A DNA stretch of 64,000 bases from Burkholderiales bacterium (GTDB lineage: Bacteria; Pseudomonadota; Gammaproteobacteria; Burkholderiales; SHXO01), in assembly GCA_020854105.1 (NCBI GenBank), contig JADZGB010000022.1, forward strand, positions 7,805 through 71,804, read 5' to 3'. Each line of letters begins with the position of its first letter. The stretch's first letter is position 1. Shown piece after piece: positions 19,158-28,814 of the stretch. The position numbers were made by a program, and so were the translations under genes. The notes beneath the pieces are model-generated. The model was not told the DNA's origin. It searched no databases and saw only the letters and a list, made by a program, of their open reading frames with translations.

Positions 19158-20057
19158 ATGAGCGCCGCCACCCTTCCGCTCCCGGCGCCGGTCGCCACCC
19201 GCTCCTCCGCCACCGCCGAGCCGCGGCTGGTGCGCTGGCTGCTGACCGGCCTCGCGCTGGCCTTCCTCGGCCTGTTCCTGCTGGTGCCGTTGTTCGCGGT
19301 GTTCACCGAGGCCCTGCGCAAGGGCTTCGAGACCTACCTCGCGGCGCTGGTCGAACCCGATGCACTCGCCGCGATCCAGCTCACGCTGCTGGTGGCCGCC
19401 ATCGCGGTGCCGGCCAACCTGGTGTTCGGCGTGGCGGCCGCCTGGGCCATCGCCAAGTTCGACTTCCGCGGCAAGAGCCTGCTGATCACGCTGATCGATC
19501 TGCCCTTCGCCGTCTCGCCCGTAATCGCGGGCCTGGTCTACGTCTTGATGTTCGGCGCGCAGGGCTGGTTCGGGCCGTGGCTGCAGGCGCACGACATCAA
19601 GATCGTGTTCGCGGTCCCCGGCATCGTGCTCGCCACCATGTTCGTCACGGTGCCGTTCATCGCCCGCGAGCTGATCCCGCTCATGCAGGCACAGGGCACC
19701 GAGGAGGAAGAGGCCGCGCGCGTGCTGGGCGCCTCCGGCTGGCAGATGTTCTGGCGGGTGACGCTGCCCAACATCAAGTGGGGCCTGCTCTACGGCGTCA
19801 TTCTGTGCAACGCGCGGGCGATGGGCGAGTTCGGCGCGGTCTCGGTCGTCTCCGGCCACGTGCGCGGACTGACCAACACCACGCCGCTGCACGTCGAGAT
19901 CCTCTACAACGAATACAACTTCGCCGCCGCTTTCGCGGTGGCTTCCCTGCTCGCCTCGCTGGGACTGGTGACGCTGGTCCTGAAGAGCCTGATCGAGTGG
20001 AAGACGCGGCACGAACTCGCGCGGGCCGCGGCACTGCCTGGAGAACGACCCGCATGA
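19158..20057 (+). CDS. cysW: Sulfate ABC transporter permease CysW
   Basis: 299 aa. Starts 2 nt after cysT. Contains the EAA loop ([19 protein letters not shown]). Confidence 0.9.
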   Translation: MSAATLPLPAPVATRSSATAEPRLVRWLLTGLALAFLGLFLLVPLFAVFTEALRKGFETYLAALVEPDALAAIQLTLLVAAIAVPANLVFGVAAAWAIAKFDFRGKSLLITLIDLPFAVSPVIAGLVYVLMFGAQGWFGPWLQAHDIKIVFAVPGIVLATMFVTVPFIARELIPLMQAQGTEEEEAARVLGASGWQMFWRVTLPNIKWGLLYGVILCNARAMGEFGAVSVVSGHVRGLTNTTPLHVEILYNEYNFAAAFAVASLLASLGLVTLVLKSLIEWKTRHELARAAALPGERPA

Positions 20058-21154
20058 GCATCGAAGTCAACCGCATCGCCAAGCGCTTCGGCAGCTTCAC
20101 CGCGCTGGACGACGTCAGCCTGAGCTTTCCCTCCGGCCAGCTTGTCGCGCTGCTCGGCCCATCGGGCTGCGGCAAGACCACGCTCCTGCGCATCATCGCC
20201 GGCCTGGAGACACCCGACGCCGGCTCGGTGCTGTTCCACGGCGAGGACGCCTCCGACCAGGACGTGCGCGAGCGCCAGGTCGGGTTCGTGTTCCAGCACT
20301 ACGCGCTGTTCCGTCACATGAGCGTGTTCGAGAACGTCGCCTTCGGACTGCGGGTGAAGCCGCGTGCCGAGCGTCCGTCCAACGCCCGGATCCGCGAAAA
20401 GGTGATGGACCTGCTCAAGCTCGTGCAGCTGGACTGGCTCGCGGAACGCTATCCGCACCAGCTCTCCGGTGGGCAGCGCCAGCGCATCGCGCTCGCTCGC
20501 GCGCTCGCCGTGGAGCCCAAGGTGCTCCTGCTCGACGAACCGTTCGGCGCGCTCGACGCCAAGGTGCGCAAGGAACTGCGCCGCTGGCTGCGCCGTCTGC
20601 ACGACGAGCTGCACATCACCAGCATCTTCGTCACCCACGACCAGGAGGAGGCGCTCGAGGTCGCCGACCAGGTGGTGCTGATGAACAAGGGCAGGGTCGA
20701 GCAGGTCGGCAGCCCGAACGAGGTGTACGAGCGCCCTGCCTCGCCCTTCGTCTACAGCTTCCTGGGCACGGTCAACGTGTTCCACGGCCGCGCGGCCGGC
20801 GGCCGCGTACACCTCGGGCCGGTCTCGCTGGGTGCCTCGCGCCACGCCGACGTCGAGGACGCGCCCGCGGTCGCCTACGCCCGGCCCCACGAGATCGAGA
20901 TCGAGCGCTTCTCGCCCGGCGCCGAGGGCATCCCGGCGCAGCTCTCCAGACTGCTGGTGGTGGGACCGACCGCGCGGCTCGAACTCGAGCGCGACGACAC
21001 CGGCGGGATCGTGGAGGCCGAGATCCCGGCCGCCCGGGCAGCCAGTCTTTCGCTGAAACTCGGCGAGAGCCTGGTCGTGCGGCCGCGCCGCATGCAGGTG
21101 TTCGTGGAGCGGGCCGATGCGCCGCCCGCGCAGGCGCTGACGCTGGAGAGTTGA
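20054..21154 (+). CDS. cysA: Sulfate/thiosulfate import ATP-binding protein CysA
   Basis: Frame of ORF 19577..21154, trimmed to ATG 20054, which forms an ATGA overlap with cysW. Contains Walker A (GPSGCGKTT), the ABC signature (LSGGQRQR) and Walker B (LLLDEPF). Confidence 0.9.
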   Translation: MSIEVNRIAKRFGSFTALDDVSLSFPSGQLVALLGPSGCGKTTLLRIIAGLETPDAGSVLFHGEDASDQDVRERQVGFVFQHYALFRHMSVFENVAFGLRVKPRAERPSNARIREKVMDLLKLVQLDWLAERYPHQLSGGQRQRIALARALAVEPKVLLLDEPFGALDAKVRKELRRWLRRLHDELHITSIFVTHDQEEALEVADQVVLMNKGRVEQVGSPNEVYERPASPFVYSFLGTVNVFHGRAAGGRVHLGPVSLGASRHADVEDAPAVAYARPHEIEIERFSPGAEGIPAQLSRLLVVGPTARLELERDDTGGIVEAEIPAARAASLSLKLGESLVVRPRRMQVFVERADAPPAQALTLES

Positions 21155-21310
21155 GGGTAACCGTCTCCGGCCGCGCCAGGCTCGCATCGATTTCCCCGCG
21201 GCTGGCCTCGCCCGCATCGGGGCTGATCTGCCGCACGGCGCCGTCGATCATGCCGTACTTCTGGAACGGATCATCGCCTTGAAGATGATCGTTGCCCGCT
21301 ACGTATGGGT
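21155..21310 (-). pseudogene. Possible remnant of a HlyD-family membrane-fusion protein C-terminus
   Basis: The minus-strand translation DPFQKYGMIDGAVRQISPDA resembles the conserved HlyD block FPYTRYGYLVGKVKNINLDA. The fragment has no plausible start and runs antisense into the cysA 3' end. Confidence 0.25.
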
Positions 21311-21360
21311 GGTGAACGACCGGACAGACCCGCACCCGTCTGCGCCCTATACTTCCCGCG

Positions 21361-22596
21361 ATGAAACCGTCTCCCTCGCACGCCTACTGGCCCCTCCTGC
21401 TCGCCTCGGCAGCCATCCTCACCATCACCATGGGCACGCGCCAGTCGCTGGGCCTGTTCGTCTCGCCGCTCAACACCTCGACCGGGCTGGGCATCGTCGC
21501 CATCAGCTTCGCCATGGCGGTGGGGCAGTTCGTCTGGGGTGCGTCGCAGCCGATCTTCGGCGCGGTGGCCGACCGCTACGGACCGACCCGCGTGATCGCG
21601 CTCGGGGCGGTGCTGCTCGCCGCTGGCTGTGCGCTCACACCCTTCGTCGACAGCGAGTGGATGCTGCTAGCGACGATCGGCGTGCTGCTCTCCGCCGGCG
21701 CGGGCGCGGGCAGCTTCTCCATCCTCATCGGTGCGACTGCAGGCCGCCTTCCGCCGGAGCGGCGTGCCTTCGCGTCGGGCTTCATCAACGCGGGCGGCAG
21801 CTTCGGGCAGTTCCTGTTCGCTCCGCTCAACCAGGCGATCATCACGGCCTTCGGCTGGGTGAGTGCGATGCTCACCATGGCCGTCGCCGCGCTGCTCACG
21901 ATCCCCCTCGCGCGGCCGCTGCGGGCCCCACGCGATACGCACGCGGACGCGGCGACCCACCCGGGCGGCGCGCACAAGCCGGAGACCGGCCTGCGCGCCC
22001 AGCTGCGCGCAGCGATGCGCGACCGCAGCTACTGGTGCCTGCACGCGGGCTTCTTCACCTGCGGCTTCCACGTCGCCTTCCTGATCACCCATCTGCCGAG
22101 CGAAGTGGCGCTGTGCGGCATGTCGGCCGGCGTGGCGGCGACCTCGATCGCCATCATCGGGCTGGCCAACATCGCGGGCAGCCTCACCGCCGGCGCACTG
22201 GGCGGGCTCTATCGCATGAAGTGGCTGCTGTTCTGGACCTACTTCACACGCGCGGTTGCCATTGCCCTCTACATGATGGCGCCGAAGACCTCGCTCACCT
22301 TCTACGCCTTCGCGCTGGTGCTCGGCTTCACCTGGCTGTCCACGGTGCCGCCGACCGCCGGACTGGTGGGCAAGCTGTTCGGGATGCGCTATCTGGCGAC
22401 CCTGTTCGGACTCACGCTCCTGTCGCACCAGATCGGCGGATTCTTCGGCGCGTGGCTCGGCGGAGTCGCACTCGCCGGCAGCGGAAGCTACACCTGGATG
22501 TGGTATGCGGACATGCTGCTGGCACTGGGCGCCGCAGTGGTCAATCTGCCCATCCGCGAGGCGCGCGTCGGACGGTTTGCACGCGCGGCCGCATGA
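21361..22596 (+). CDS. MFS transporter
   Basis: 411 aa with about 12 hydrophobic segments. The N-terminus is typical of the MFS family (LLASAAILTITMGTRQSLGLFVSPL). Confidence 0.85.
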   Translation: MKPSPSHAYWPLLLASAAILTITMGTRQSLGLFVSPLNTSTGLGIVAISFAMAVGQFVWGASQPIFGAVADRYGPTRVIALGAVLLAAGCALTPFVDSEWMLLATIGVLLSAGAGAGSFSILIGATAGRLPPERRAFASGFINAGGSFGQFLFAPLNQAIITAFGWVSAMLTMAVAALLTIPLARPLRAPRDTHADAATHPGGAHKPETGLRAQLRAAMRDRSYWCLHAGFFTCGFHVAFLITHLPSEVALCGMSAGVAATSIAIIGLANIAGSLTAGALGGLYRMKWLLFWTYFTRAVAIALYMMAPKTSLTFYAFALVLGFTWLSTVPPTAGLVGKLFGMRYLATLFGLTLLSHQIGGFFGAWLGGVALAGSGSYTWMWYADMLLALGAAVVNLPIREARVGRFARAAA

Positions 22597-22828
22597 TGAT
22601 GCGGTTCGGATGGAGCCGGTCGCCGGCACCGCCCACGGTGGTGTTCGGCACCATGGTACTGCGCACCGGAGTGAGGGTCGCCGCGATCGCGCACGCACCG
22701 GGCAGCGCCTCGCGCATGCGTGCCAGGTGACATCGAAGGTCTGCAGCGCCTTGGCGTGGCCAGCGCGGCAGCCGGTGCGCACCACACAGCCAGAGCGAGC
22801 AGCCACGGACCGATGCGCAGCGCCCGCC

Positions 22829-23896
22829 TCATGCACTGCGCTCCAACGCCCGCAGCACGCGTGCGAAGAATGCGTCGGCGTGCCCGGCCTCGATCCAGCG
22901 CACGACCAGCACCATGCGCCGCTGCGGTTCCGCCCACATGAAGGAACTGCCCGCGCCGAGCGCGAACCAGCTCGTTTCCGCGACGCTGGGAAACACGCGC
23001 CGGCCGACGTTGAGCCAGGTGAGATAGCCGTAGAACGGCGCGATGGCACAGGGCGTGAGCATGCGCGCGATCCATTCGGAGGAGAGCACGCGCGCGCCGC
23101 GCGCGACGCCGCCGTCGAGCAGCATCCGGCCGATCAGCGCCTGATCGCGCGCACAGATCGACACGCCACCACCCCAGTGCGTCCCGCCCGGGACCGACTG
23201 CACGCGGCGCCCTTCGATCTCGGTCCACGCATCGTCGTAGCCCTGCCACTTCCAGTTCCCGCTGGCACCGACCGGACGCATGATCGCTTCGCCGAACATC
23301 TCGGGCAGCGGGCGCCGGAACAGGTGCAGCAGCGCCAGCGACAGCTGGTTTATGCGCACGTCGTTGTACTCCCAGTACGTGCCCGGTGCGCGCAGCGGGC
23401 GCGCGTCGCCCTTTCGGCCCGTCTCGACGCCGTCGCTGCCCTGGAAGGAGACGACGCGATAGCGGTCCACGCGGTCCGGAAGACCGAAGCACTCACCCTC
23501 CCACTCGCTGGTCAGCTGCAAGAGGTGCTTCCAGGTCACCTGCGCGTTGCGGCCGGTGTCGAAGCCGATGCCGCGCACGCGCACACCCACCGGCTCGTCC
23601 TCGTCCGGCAGCAGGTCGCGGTCGTGGGCGACGCCGGCCAGCAGAGCGAGATAGGTCTTGGCGATGCTGAAGGTGAGGTCCGCGCGTTCGGGCTCGCCCC
23701 ACTCGGCGATCGTCTCGCCATCGAGGAGGATGGTGCCGGACACCGGGCCGCGTGCGTGTACGGGTCCGCGCAGGCGATTCCACGGTGCGGGATCCTGGTG
23801 GTGGATACCCCAGCCGTCACCGGTTTCGCGCGTCCACGAGGACTCGTGATCGAGCGCGAAGGCGATGGCCTCGCGCAATGTCTCCTGCATGCCCAT
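22829..23896 (-). CDS. Serine hydrolase (beta-lactamase/transpeptidase-like fold)
   Basis: ORF 22829..24463 trimmed to ATG 23896 (MGMQETL), just downstream of the cupin gene stop. It has the S-x-x-K motif SIAKT and class-C-like length. I see no signal peptide. Confidence 0.7.
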   Translation of the reverse strand: MGMQETLREAIAFALDHESSWTRETGDGWGIHHQDPAPWNRLRGPVHARGPVSGTILLDGETIAEWGEPERADLTFSIAKTYLALLAGVAHDRDLLPDEDEPVGVRVRGIGFDTGRNAQVTWKHLLQLTSEWEGECFGLPDRVDRYRVVSFQGSDGVETGRKGDARPLRAPGTYWEYNDVRINQLSLALLHLFRRPLPEMFGEAIMRPVGASGNWKWQGYDDAWTEIEGRRVQSVPGGTHWGGGVSICARDQALIGRMLLDGGVARGARVLSSEWIARMLTPCAIAPFYGYLTWLNVGRRVFPSVAETSWFALGAGSSFMWAEPQRRMVLVVRWIEAGHADAFFARVLRALERSA

Positions 23897-23907
23897 CTGC
23901 GGACTGC

Positions 23908-24378
23908 TCAGGGCGCGGGATGGATGGAATCCACCCAGGGCACGTCTTCCGGCGGCTCGACCGGTTCGATGTCGAGATTCACCACCACCGGATTCTGGCC
24001 GCTGCGCACCAGCACGCAGTCGAGCGGCTGACCCGGATCGGCGTTGATCTCCTGGTGCGGCACGAACGGCGGCACGTAGATGAAGTCGCCCGGTTCGGCT
24101 TCGGCGCAGTACTCGAGGCGCTCGCCCCAGCGCATGCGTGCGCGCCCGCGCACGACGTAGATCACGCTCTCGACCGGACCGTGGTGGTGCGCGCCGGTCT
24201 TGGCGTTCGGGTGGATGGTGACGGTGCCCGCCCACAGCTTCTCGGCGCCGACCCGGGCGTGGGTGATCGCCGCGGCCCGGTTCATGCCGGGTGTCTGCGC
24301 CGTGCTCGGGTCGAGCCTGTCGCCGGGGATGACGCGCACGCCGTGCAGGCGCCAGCGCATGGTGTCGTTCTCGTTCAT
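23908..24378 (-). CDS. Cupin-domain protein
   Basis: 156 aa. Carries cupin motifs (GAHHHGPVESVIYVVRG; GDFIYVPPFVPHQEIN). Confidence 0.8.
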   Translation of the reverse strand: MNENDTMRWRLHGVRVIPGDRLDPSTAQTPGMNRAAAITHARVGAEKLWAGTVTIHPNAKTGAHHHGPVESVIYVVRGRARMRWGERLEYCAEAEPGDFIYVPPFVPHQEINADPGQPLDCVLVRSGQNPVVVNLDIEPVEPPEDVPWVDSIHPAP

Positions 24379-24563
24379 CGATCTGCCGCGCCAAAGTGAT
24401 GCGCCAGTCTAGCAAGAGAAGCGTACGTGCTGCCCGTGCACGGCAGGCAGAGCGGGACGACACCGGCGGCGGCGTTCGCGCTGCGCCGGCCTGGCGTTGC
24501 CATCGCGCTTATTCCGATCCGGCATTACACTGCGCACTTATCTCGGTAAAGGTTATATCTCGA

Positions 24564-25493
24564 ATGAATTTCCAGCAGCTGCGCTACGTACGCGAGGCGG
24601 TGCGCCACGACCTCAACCTCACCGAGGCGGCGAACGCGCTGTTCACCTCGCAGCCGGGCGTGAGCAAGCAGATCCGCGAACTGGAGGAGGAACTCGGCGT
24701 GGAGATCTTCGTGCGCCGGGGCAAGCGCCTGGTGGCGCTGACCGATCCGGGGCGCGTCGTCGTCCAGGTGGTCGAGCGCCTGCTGGCGGAAGCGGAGAAC
24801 CTGCGACAGGTAGGCAGGGAGTTCGCGGACCAGGACAGCGGGGCGCTCATCATCGCCACCACCCACACGCAGGCGCGCTACACCCTGCCGGGCGTGGTGC
24901 AGGCTTTCCGCGCCCATTACCCCAAGGTGCGCCTGTCGCTGCAGCAGGGCAGTCCGACACAGATAGCGGAGATGGTGTGTCAGGGCCGCGCCGACATCGC
25001 CATCGCCACGGAGGCGCTCGACCACTATCCGGAACTGATCGCGCTGCCCGGTTTCACCTGGCAGCACTGCGTGATCGTGCCGCCGAAGCATCCGCTGACG
25101 CAGGCGAAGAGGCTCACGCTGGACATGCTGTCGCGCTATCCGCTCATCACCTACAGCCCCGAGTTCACCGGCCGCTCGCACCTGGACCACGCGTTCGCGG
25201 CGAAGGGCCTGACCATGGACGTGGTCCTGACCGCTCTGGACGCGGACGTGATCAAGACCTACACCGAACTGGGGCTGGGCGTGGGCATCGTCGCTGCCGT
25301 GGCACTGGATCGCAAGCGCGACGTGAACCTGCACGCCATCGACGCCGGCCACCTGTTCGGCAGCAACACCACGCGCATCGCCGTCAAGCGCAGCGCCTAC
25401 CTGCGCGGCTATACGTATGCCTTCATCCAGAGCTTCGCGCCGCACCTGACGCGCGAGGTGGTGGACAAGGCGCGCGGCAGCCGACCTGGATGA
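24564..25493 (+). CDS. cysB: LysR-family transcriptional regulator, CysB type
   Basis: ORF 24396..25493 trimmed to ATG 24564. MNFQQLRYVREAVRHDLNLTEAANALFTSQPGVSKQIRELEEELG is the CysB/Cbl-type HTH. The gene sits between the sulfate transport and reduction operons. Confidence 0.85.
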   Translation: MNFQQLRYVREAVRHDLNLTEAANALFTSQPGVSKQIRELEEELGVEIFVRRGKRLVALTDPGRVVVQVVERLLAEAENLRQVGREFADQDSGALIIATTHTQARYTLPGVVQAFRAHYPKVRLSLQQGSPTQIAEMVCQGRADIAIATEALDHYPELIALPGFTWQHCVIVPPKHPLTQAKRLTLDMLSRYPLITYSPEFTGRSHLDHAFAAKGLTMDVVLTALDADVIKTYTELGLGVGIVAAVALDRKRDVNLHAIDAGHLFGSNTTRIAVKRSAYLRGYTYAFIQSFAPHLTREVVDKARGSRPG

Positions 25494-25585
25494 AGCAGCT
25501 GGGCGCCAGGGTGACGGGAGTGTCGTGGCAGTCGCCGGGCTGCCCGGATGCTGCGGCCGTTCGCTGGGATGACGGCCAACCCGCC

Positions 25586-25606
25586 CTTATAGCAATCGAG
25601 AATAAG
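25586..25606 (+). promoter_or_regulatory. Candidate LysR/CysB box (CTTAT-N11-ATAAG) upstream of cysI
   Basis: A perfect 5-bp dyad with 11-nt spacing that fits the T-N11-A rule. It lies 93 nt after the cysB stop and 300 nt before the cysI ATG, in a locally AT-rich patch. Confidence 0.35.
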
Positions 25607-25906
25607 AATATGACTCTTCATTCGTTCCCGACCTGATCGGCCGTTGCTAGCATGCGGCTCTCTTGCCACGAGTCCGCCATGCATCGCCCTGCCGGCATCG
25701 CCATCGCACGCTTCATCGCCTCCTCCGCCAGCGCCACCGGCGCGGGCACGATGGCGTACCCTGCCCGCACTCGTGCCGGCTGCGCATTGCGTACCGCCCT
25801 CTTGCCGAAGCGCTGTCGCCGGCACTGCATGCCGCGCCGTTGACCTCGCGTCCACTGCGCAGTTTCTTCTTCCCAGCATCGAGAATCGGAAGGCTCTCCG
25901 AGCGCC

Positions 25907-27568
25907 ATGTATATCTACGACGACATCGACCAGCGCATCGTCGACGAACGCGTCGCGCAGTTCCGCGATCAGACGCGCCGCTTCCTGGCCGGCCAGCTGT
26001 CCGAGGACGAGTTCCGCGCGCTGCGCCTGCGCAACGGCCTGTACATCCAGAAGCACGCGCCGATGCTGCGCGTGGCCATTCCCTACGGCCTGCTCTCGTC
26101 CGCGCAGCTGCGCGAGCTGGCCCACGTCGCGCGCCGCTACGACCGCGGCTACGCTCACTTCAGCACGCGCCAGAACATCCAGTACAACTGGCCGAGGCTC
26201 GAGGAAGTGCCGCAGATCCTGGCCGAGCTGGCAACGGTACAGATGCACGCCATCCAGACCAGCGGCAACTGCGTGCGCAATGTCACCACCGACCACTTCG
26301 CGGGCGTCGCGCCGGACGAGATCGTCGACCCCTTCGTGTGGGCCGAGCTCGTACGCCAGTGGTCGACGCTGCACCCGGAGTTCGGCTTCCTGCCGCGCAA
26401 GTTCAAGATCGCCATCAACGGTTCGGTCGAGGATCGCGCCGCGGTCCTGGTACACGACATCGGCATCCATGCGGTGCGCGGCGACACGGGCGAGGTCGGC
26501 TTCCGCGTGATGGTCGGCGGCGGCCTGGGGCGCACGCCGATCATCGGCCACGTCATCCGCGAGTTCCTGCCCTGGAAGCACCTGCTGACCTACCTGGACG
26601 CCATCCTGCGCGTCTACAACCGCTACGGACGCCGCGACAACAAGTTCAAGGCCCGCATCAAGATCCTGGTGAAGGACCTCACCCCGGCCGGCTTCACCCG
26701 TCAGGTCGAGGAAGAGTGGTTTCATCTGAAGGGCGGTCCGGGCACGCTGATACAGGCCGAACTCGATCGCGTGGAGACGCGCTTCACCCGTCCGGCCTAT
26801 CTGAGGCTGCACGACGTCGATCCCGGCTACGAAGCGCGGCTGAAGGCCGAGCCGGCGTTCGCCCGCTGGGCCTCGCGCAACGTTCACGCGCACAAGGTAC
26901 CCGGATACGCGGCGGTGTCGCTGTCGCTGAAGAAGACCGGCGTGCCGTCGGGAGACGCGACCGCAGACCAGATGGACGCGGTCGCGCGACTTGCAGACGA
27001 CTACAGCTTCGGCGAACTGCGCGTCACGCACGAGCAGAACCTGGTGTTCGCGGACGTGCCCAGGCGTGACCTGCACGACCTGTGGCTGGAACTCAGGGCA
27101 CTCGGACTCGCCACGCCGAACATCGGTCTGCTCACCAACATCATCTCCTGCCCCGGCGGCGACTTCTGCTCGCTCGCCAACGCCGCCTCCATCCCGGTGG
27201 CGCAGGCGATCCAGGCACGCTTCGAGGATCTCGACTATCTGTACGACATCGGCGAGCTCGACCTCAACATCTCCGGCTGCATGAACTCCTGCGGCCATCA
27301 CCACGTCGGGCACATCGGCATTCTCGGCGTCGACAAGAACGGAGAGGAGTGGTACCAGGTGTCCATCGGCGGCACGCAGGGCAGCCAGGCTGCGCTGGGC
27401 AGGGTCATCGGCCCGTCCTTCGCGCGCGCCGAAGTCCCCGACGTGGTCGAGCGCCTGATCGAGGTCTATCTTCGGCAGCGCGATTCGGACAGCGAACAGT
27501 TCGTCGAAGTCGTGCACCGCATCGGCATCGAACCCTTCAAGGCCCACGTGTATGCCTACGCTGATTAG
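25907..27568 (+). CDS. cysI: Assimilatory sulfite reductase hemoprotein (nitrite/sulfite reductase family)
   Basis: 553 aa. It has nitrite/sulfite reductase ferredoxin-like and 4Fe-4S/siroheme domains (SGNCVRNVTTD; CPGGDFCSLA...SGCMNSCGHHHVG). Confidence 0.9.
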   Translation: MYIYDDIDQRIVDERVAQFRDQTRRFLAGQLSEDEFRALRLRNGLYIQKHAPMLRVAIPYGLLSSAQLRELAHVARRYDRGYAHFSTRQNIQYNWPRLEEVPQILAELATVQMHAIQTSGNCVRNVTTDHFAGVAPDEIVDPFVWAELVRQWSTLHPEFGFLPRKFKIAINGSVEDRAAVLVHDIGIHAVRGDTGEVGFRVMVGGGLGRTPIIGHVIREFLPWKHLLTYLDAILRVYNRYGRRDNKFKARIKILVKDLTPAGFTRQVEEEWFHLKGGPGTLIQAELDRVETRFTRPAYLRLHDVDPGYEARLKAEPAFARWASRNVHAHKVPGYAAVSLSLKKTGVPSGDATADQMDAVARLADDYSFGELRVTHEQNLVFADVPRRDLHDLWLELRALGLATPNIGLLTNIISCPGGDFCSLANAASIPVAQAIQARFEDLDYLYDIGELDLNISGCMNSCGHHHVGHIGILGVDKNGEEWYQVSIGGTQGSQAALGRVIGPSFARAEVPDVVERLIEVYLRQRDSDSEQFVEVVHRIGIEPFKAHVYAYAD

Positions 27569-28073
27569 GAACGGCGCCGTCGTCGCGCACGATCCCTGGC
27601 GTGTCATCGGTCTGGCGTCCGGCGAACCGTCACTCCCGTACGCGCACGCCGAGGACATCATCGTGCCGCTCGCGGCGTGGACGGATGACGCCCGGTCGCT
27701 CTCCCACCGCCCGGGGCGCACCGGGATCTGGCTGGGACCCACTGACGACCCCGCGCAGCTGGCCGCCCACGCCTTTCCCGCGCTGGTGGCGGTGCATTTC
27801 CCGCTGTTCAGCGACGGCCGCGGCAATTCCACGGCGCGCTTGCTGCGCGAGCGCTACGGCTATCGCGGGGAGCTGCGCGCCATCGGCGACATCCTGCGCG
27901 ACCAGCTGTACGAACTGGCGCGAGTGGGATTCGACGCCTTCGCGCTGCGCGACGACCAGGACGCACGGGCCGCGCTGCGCGCCTTCGCGGACTTCAGCGA
28001 GGACTATCAGGCGGCCGCGGACCGCGCTCCGTTGTTCGTCCGCCGCTTCGGACTCGAGGTTCAGGTGCGATGA
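27552..28073 (+). CDS. DUF934-family protein (sulfite-reduction-associated)
   Basis: 173 aa. Contains FPLFSDGRGNSTARLLRERYGYRGELRAIGD, typical of DUF934. It overlaps cysI by 17 nt and cysH by 4 nt. Confidence 0.85.
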   Translation: MPTLIRNGAVVAHDPWRVIGLASGEPSLPYAHAEDIIVPLAAWTDDARSLSHRPGRTGIWLGPTDDPAQLAAHAFPALVAVHFPLFSDGRGNSTARLLRERYGYRGELRAIGDILRDQLYELARVGFDAFALRDDQDARAALRAFADFSEDYQAAADRAPLFVRRFGLEVQVR

Positions 28074-28795
28074 GTATCGACGATCGCATCGTTCAGGCGG
28101 CAGCGCGGCTTGGCGAGGGCATCGACCGCCATCGACCCGCCGCATTCGCCTCCAGCCTCGGCGCGGAGGACATGGTCATCCTCGACTTGATCCACCGGCT
28201 CGCGCTCGACGTCGAGATCTTCACGCTCGACACCGGCCGCCTGCACCAGGAGACGCACGATCTGCTGGCGCGCGCACGCGCGCGCTACGGCCGCCCGATC
28301 CGCGTGCTGGTCCCGGACGGCGCCCAACTCGAGGCCTACGCGAGCACGCACGGCAGCAACGCCTTCTACGAAAGCGTCGAGCTGCGCGAGCGCTGCTGTG
28401 AGATCCGCAAGCTGGCGCCGTTGCGCCGCGCGCTGCACGGCAAGGCGCTGTGGATCACCGGCCTGCGGCGGGGCCAGTCGGCCGCGCGCACCGACGTGGA
28501 CGTCCTCGGGCACGACGCGGCCAACGGGCTGATGAAGCTCAACCCCCTGGCGGACTGGAGCGATGCCGACGTCCAGGGCTACATCGTTCGCCACGAAGTG
28601 CCGGTCAACGCACTGCATGCCCGGGGCTACCCGAGCATCGGCTGCGCGCCGTGCACGCGCGCCGTGCAGCCGGGCGAGAACGCACGGGCCGGGCGCTGGT
28701 GGTGGGAGCAGGCCGGTGCACGCGAATGCGGTCTGCACGTGGACGCAAACGGCCGCCTGGTGCGCACGCAGCGCGGCGCCCCGGCAACGCAATGA
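28070..28795 (+). CDS. cysH: Adenylyl-sulfate (APS) reductase, thioredoxin-dependent, Fe-S type CysH
   Basis: 241 aa. It has a PAPS_reduct fold (SLGAEDMVILD). It also carries the CC pair (RERCCEIRK), CAPC and a C-terminal ECGLH, which mark APS-using bacterial CysH. Confidence 0.9.
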   Translation: MSIDDRIVQAAARLGEGIDRHRPAAFASSLGAEDMVILDLIHRLALDVEIFTLDTGRLHQETHDLLARARARYGRPIRVLVPDGAQLEAYASTHGSNAFYESVELRERCCEIRKLAPLRRALHGKALWITGLRRGQSAARTDVDVLGHDAANGLMKLNPLADWSDADVQGYIVRHEVPVNALHARGYPSIGCAPCTRAVQPGENARAGRWWWEQAGARECGLHVDANGRLVRTQRGAPATQ

Positions 28796-28814
28796 CCCCA
28801 CGAGCGAGGCCCGC

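Noticed and set aside
22541-22828. Signal-peptide-like start (MRRALRIGPWLLALAVWCAPAAALA) on the minus strand. It is followed by protein-like stretches in two other frames (KALQTFDVTWH; MREALPGACAIAATLTPV...).
   Set aside because: It would need two frameshifts within about 40 nt. It overlaps the 3' end of the MFS gene in antisense. I cannot tie it to any family. It may be a decayed gene remnant, but the evidence is too thin.
25618-25908. 96-aa minus-strand ORF in the cysB-cysI spacer.
   Set aside because: Its start overlaps the cysI start codon in antisense, and it has no recognisable motif. High GC3 alone is not discriminating here. It is noted only as a caveat to the uORF idea.
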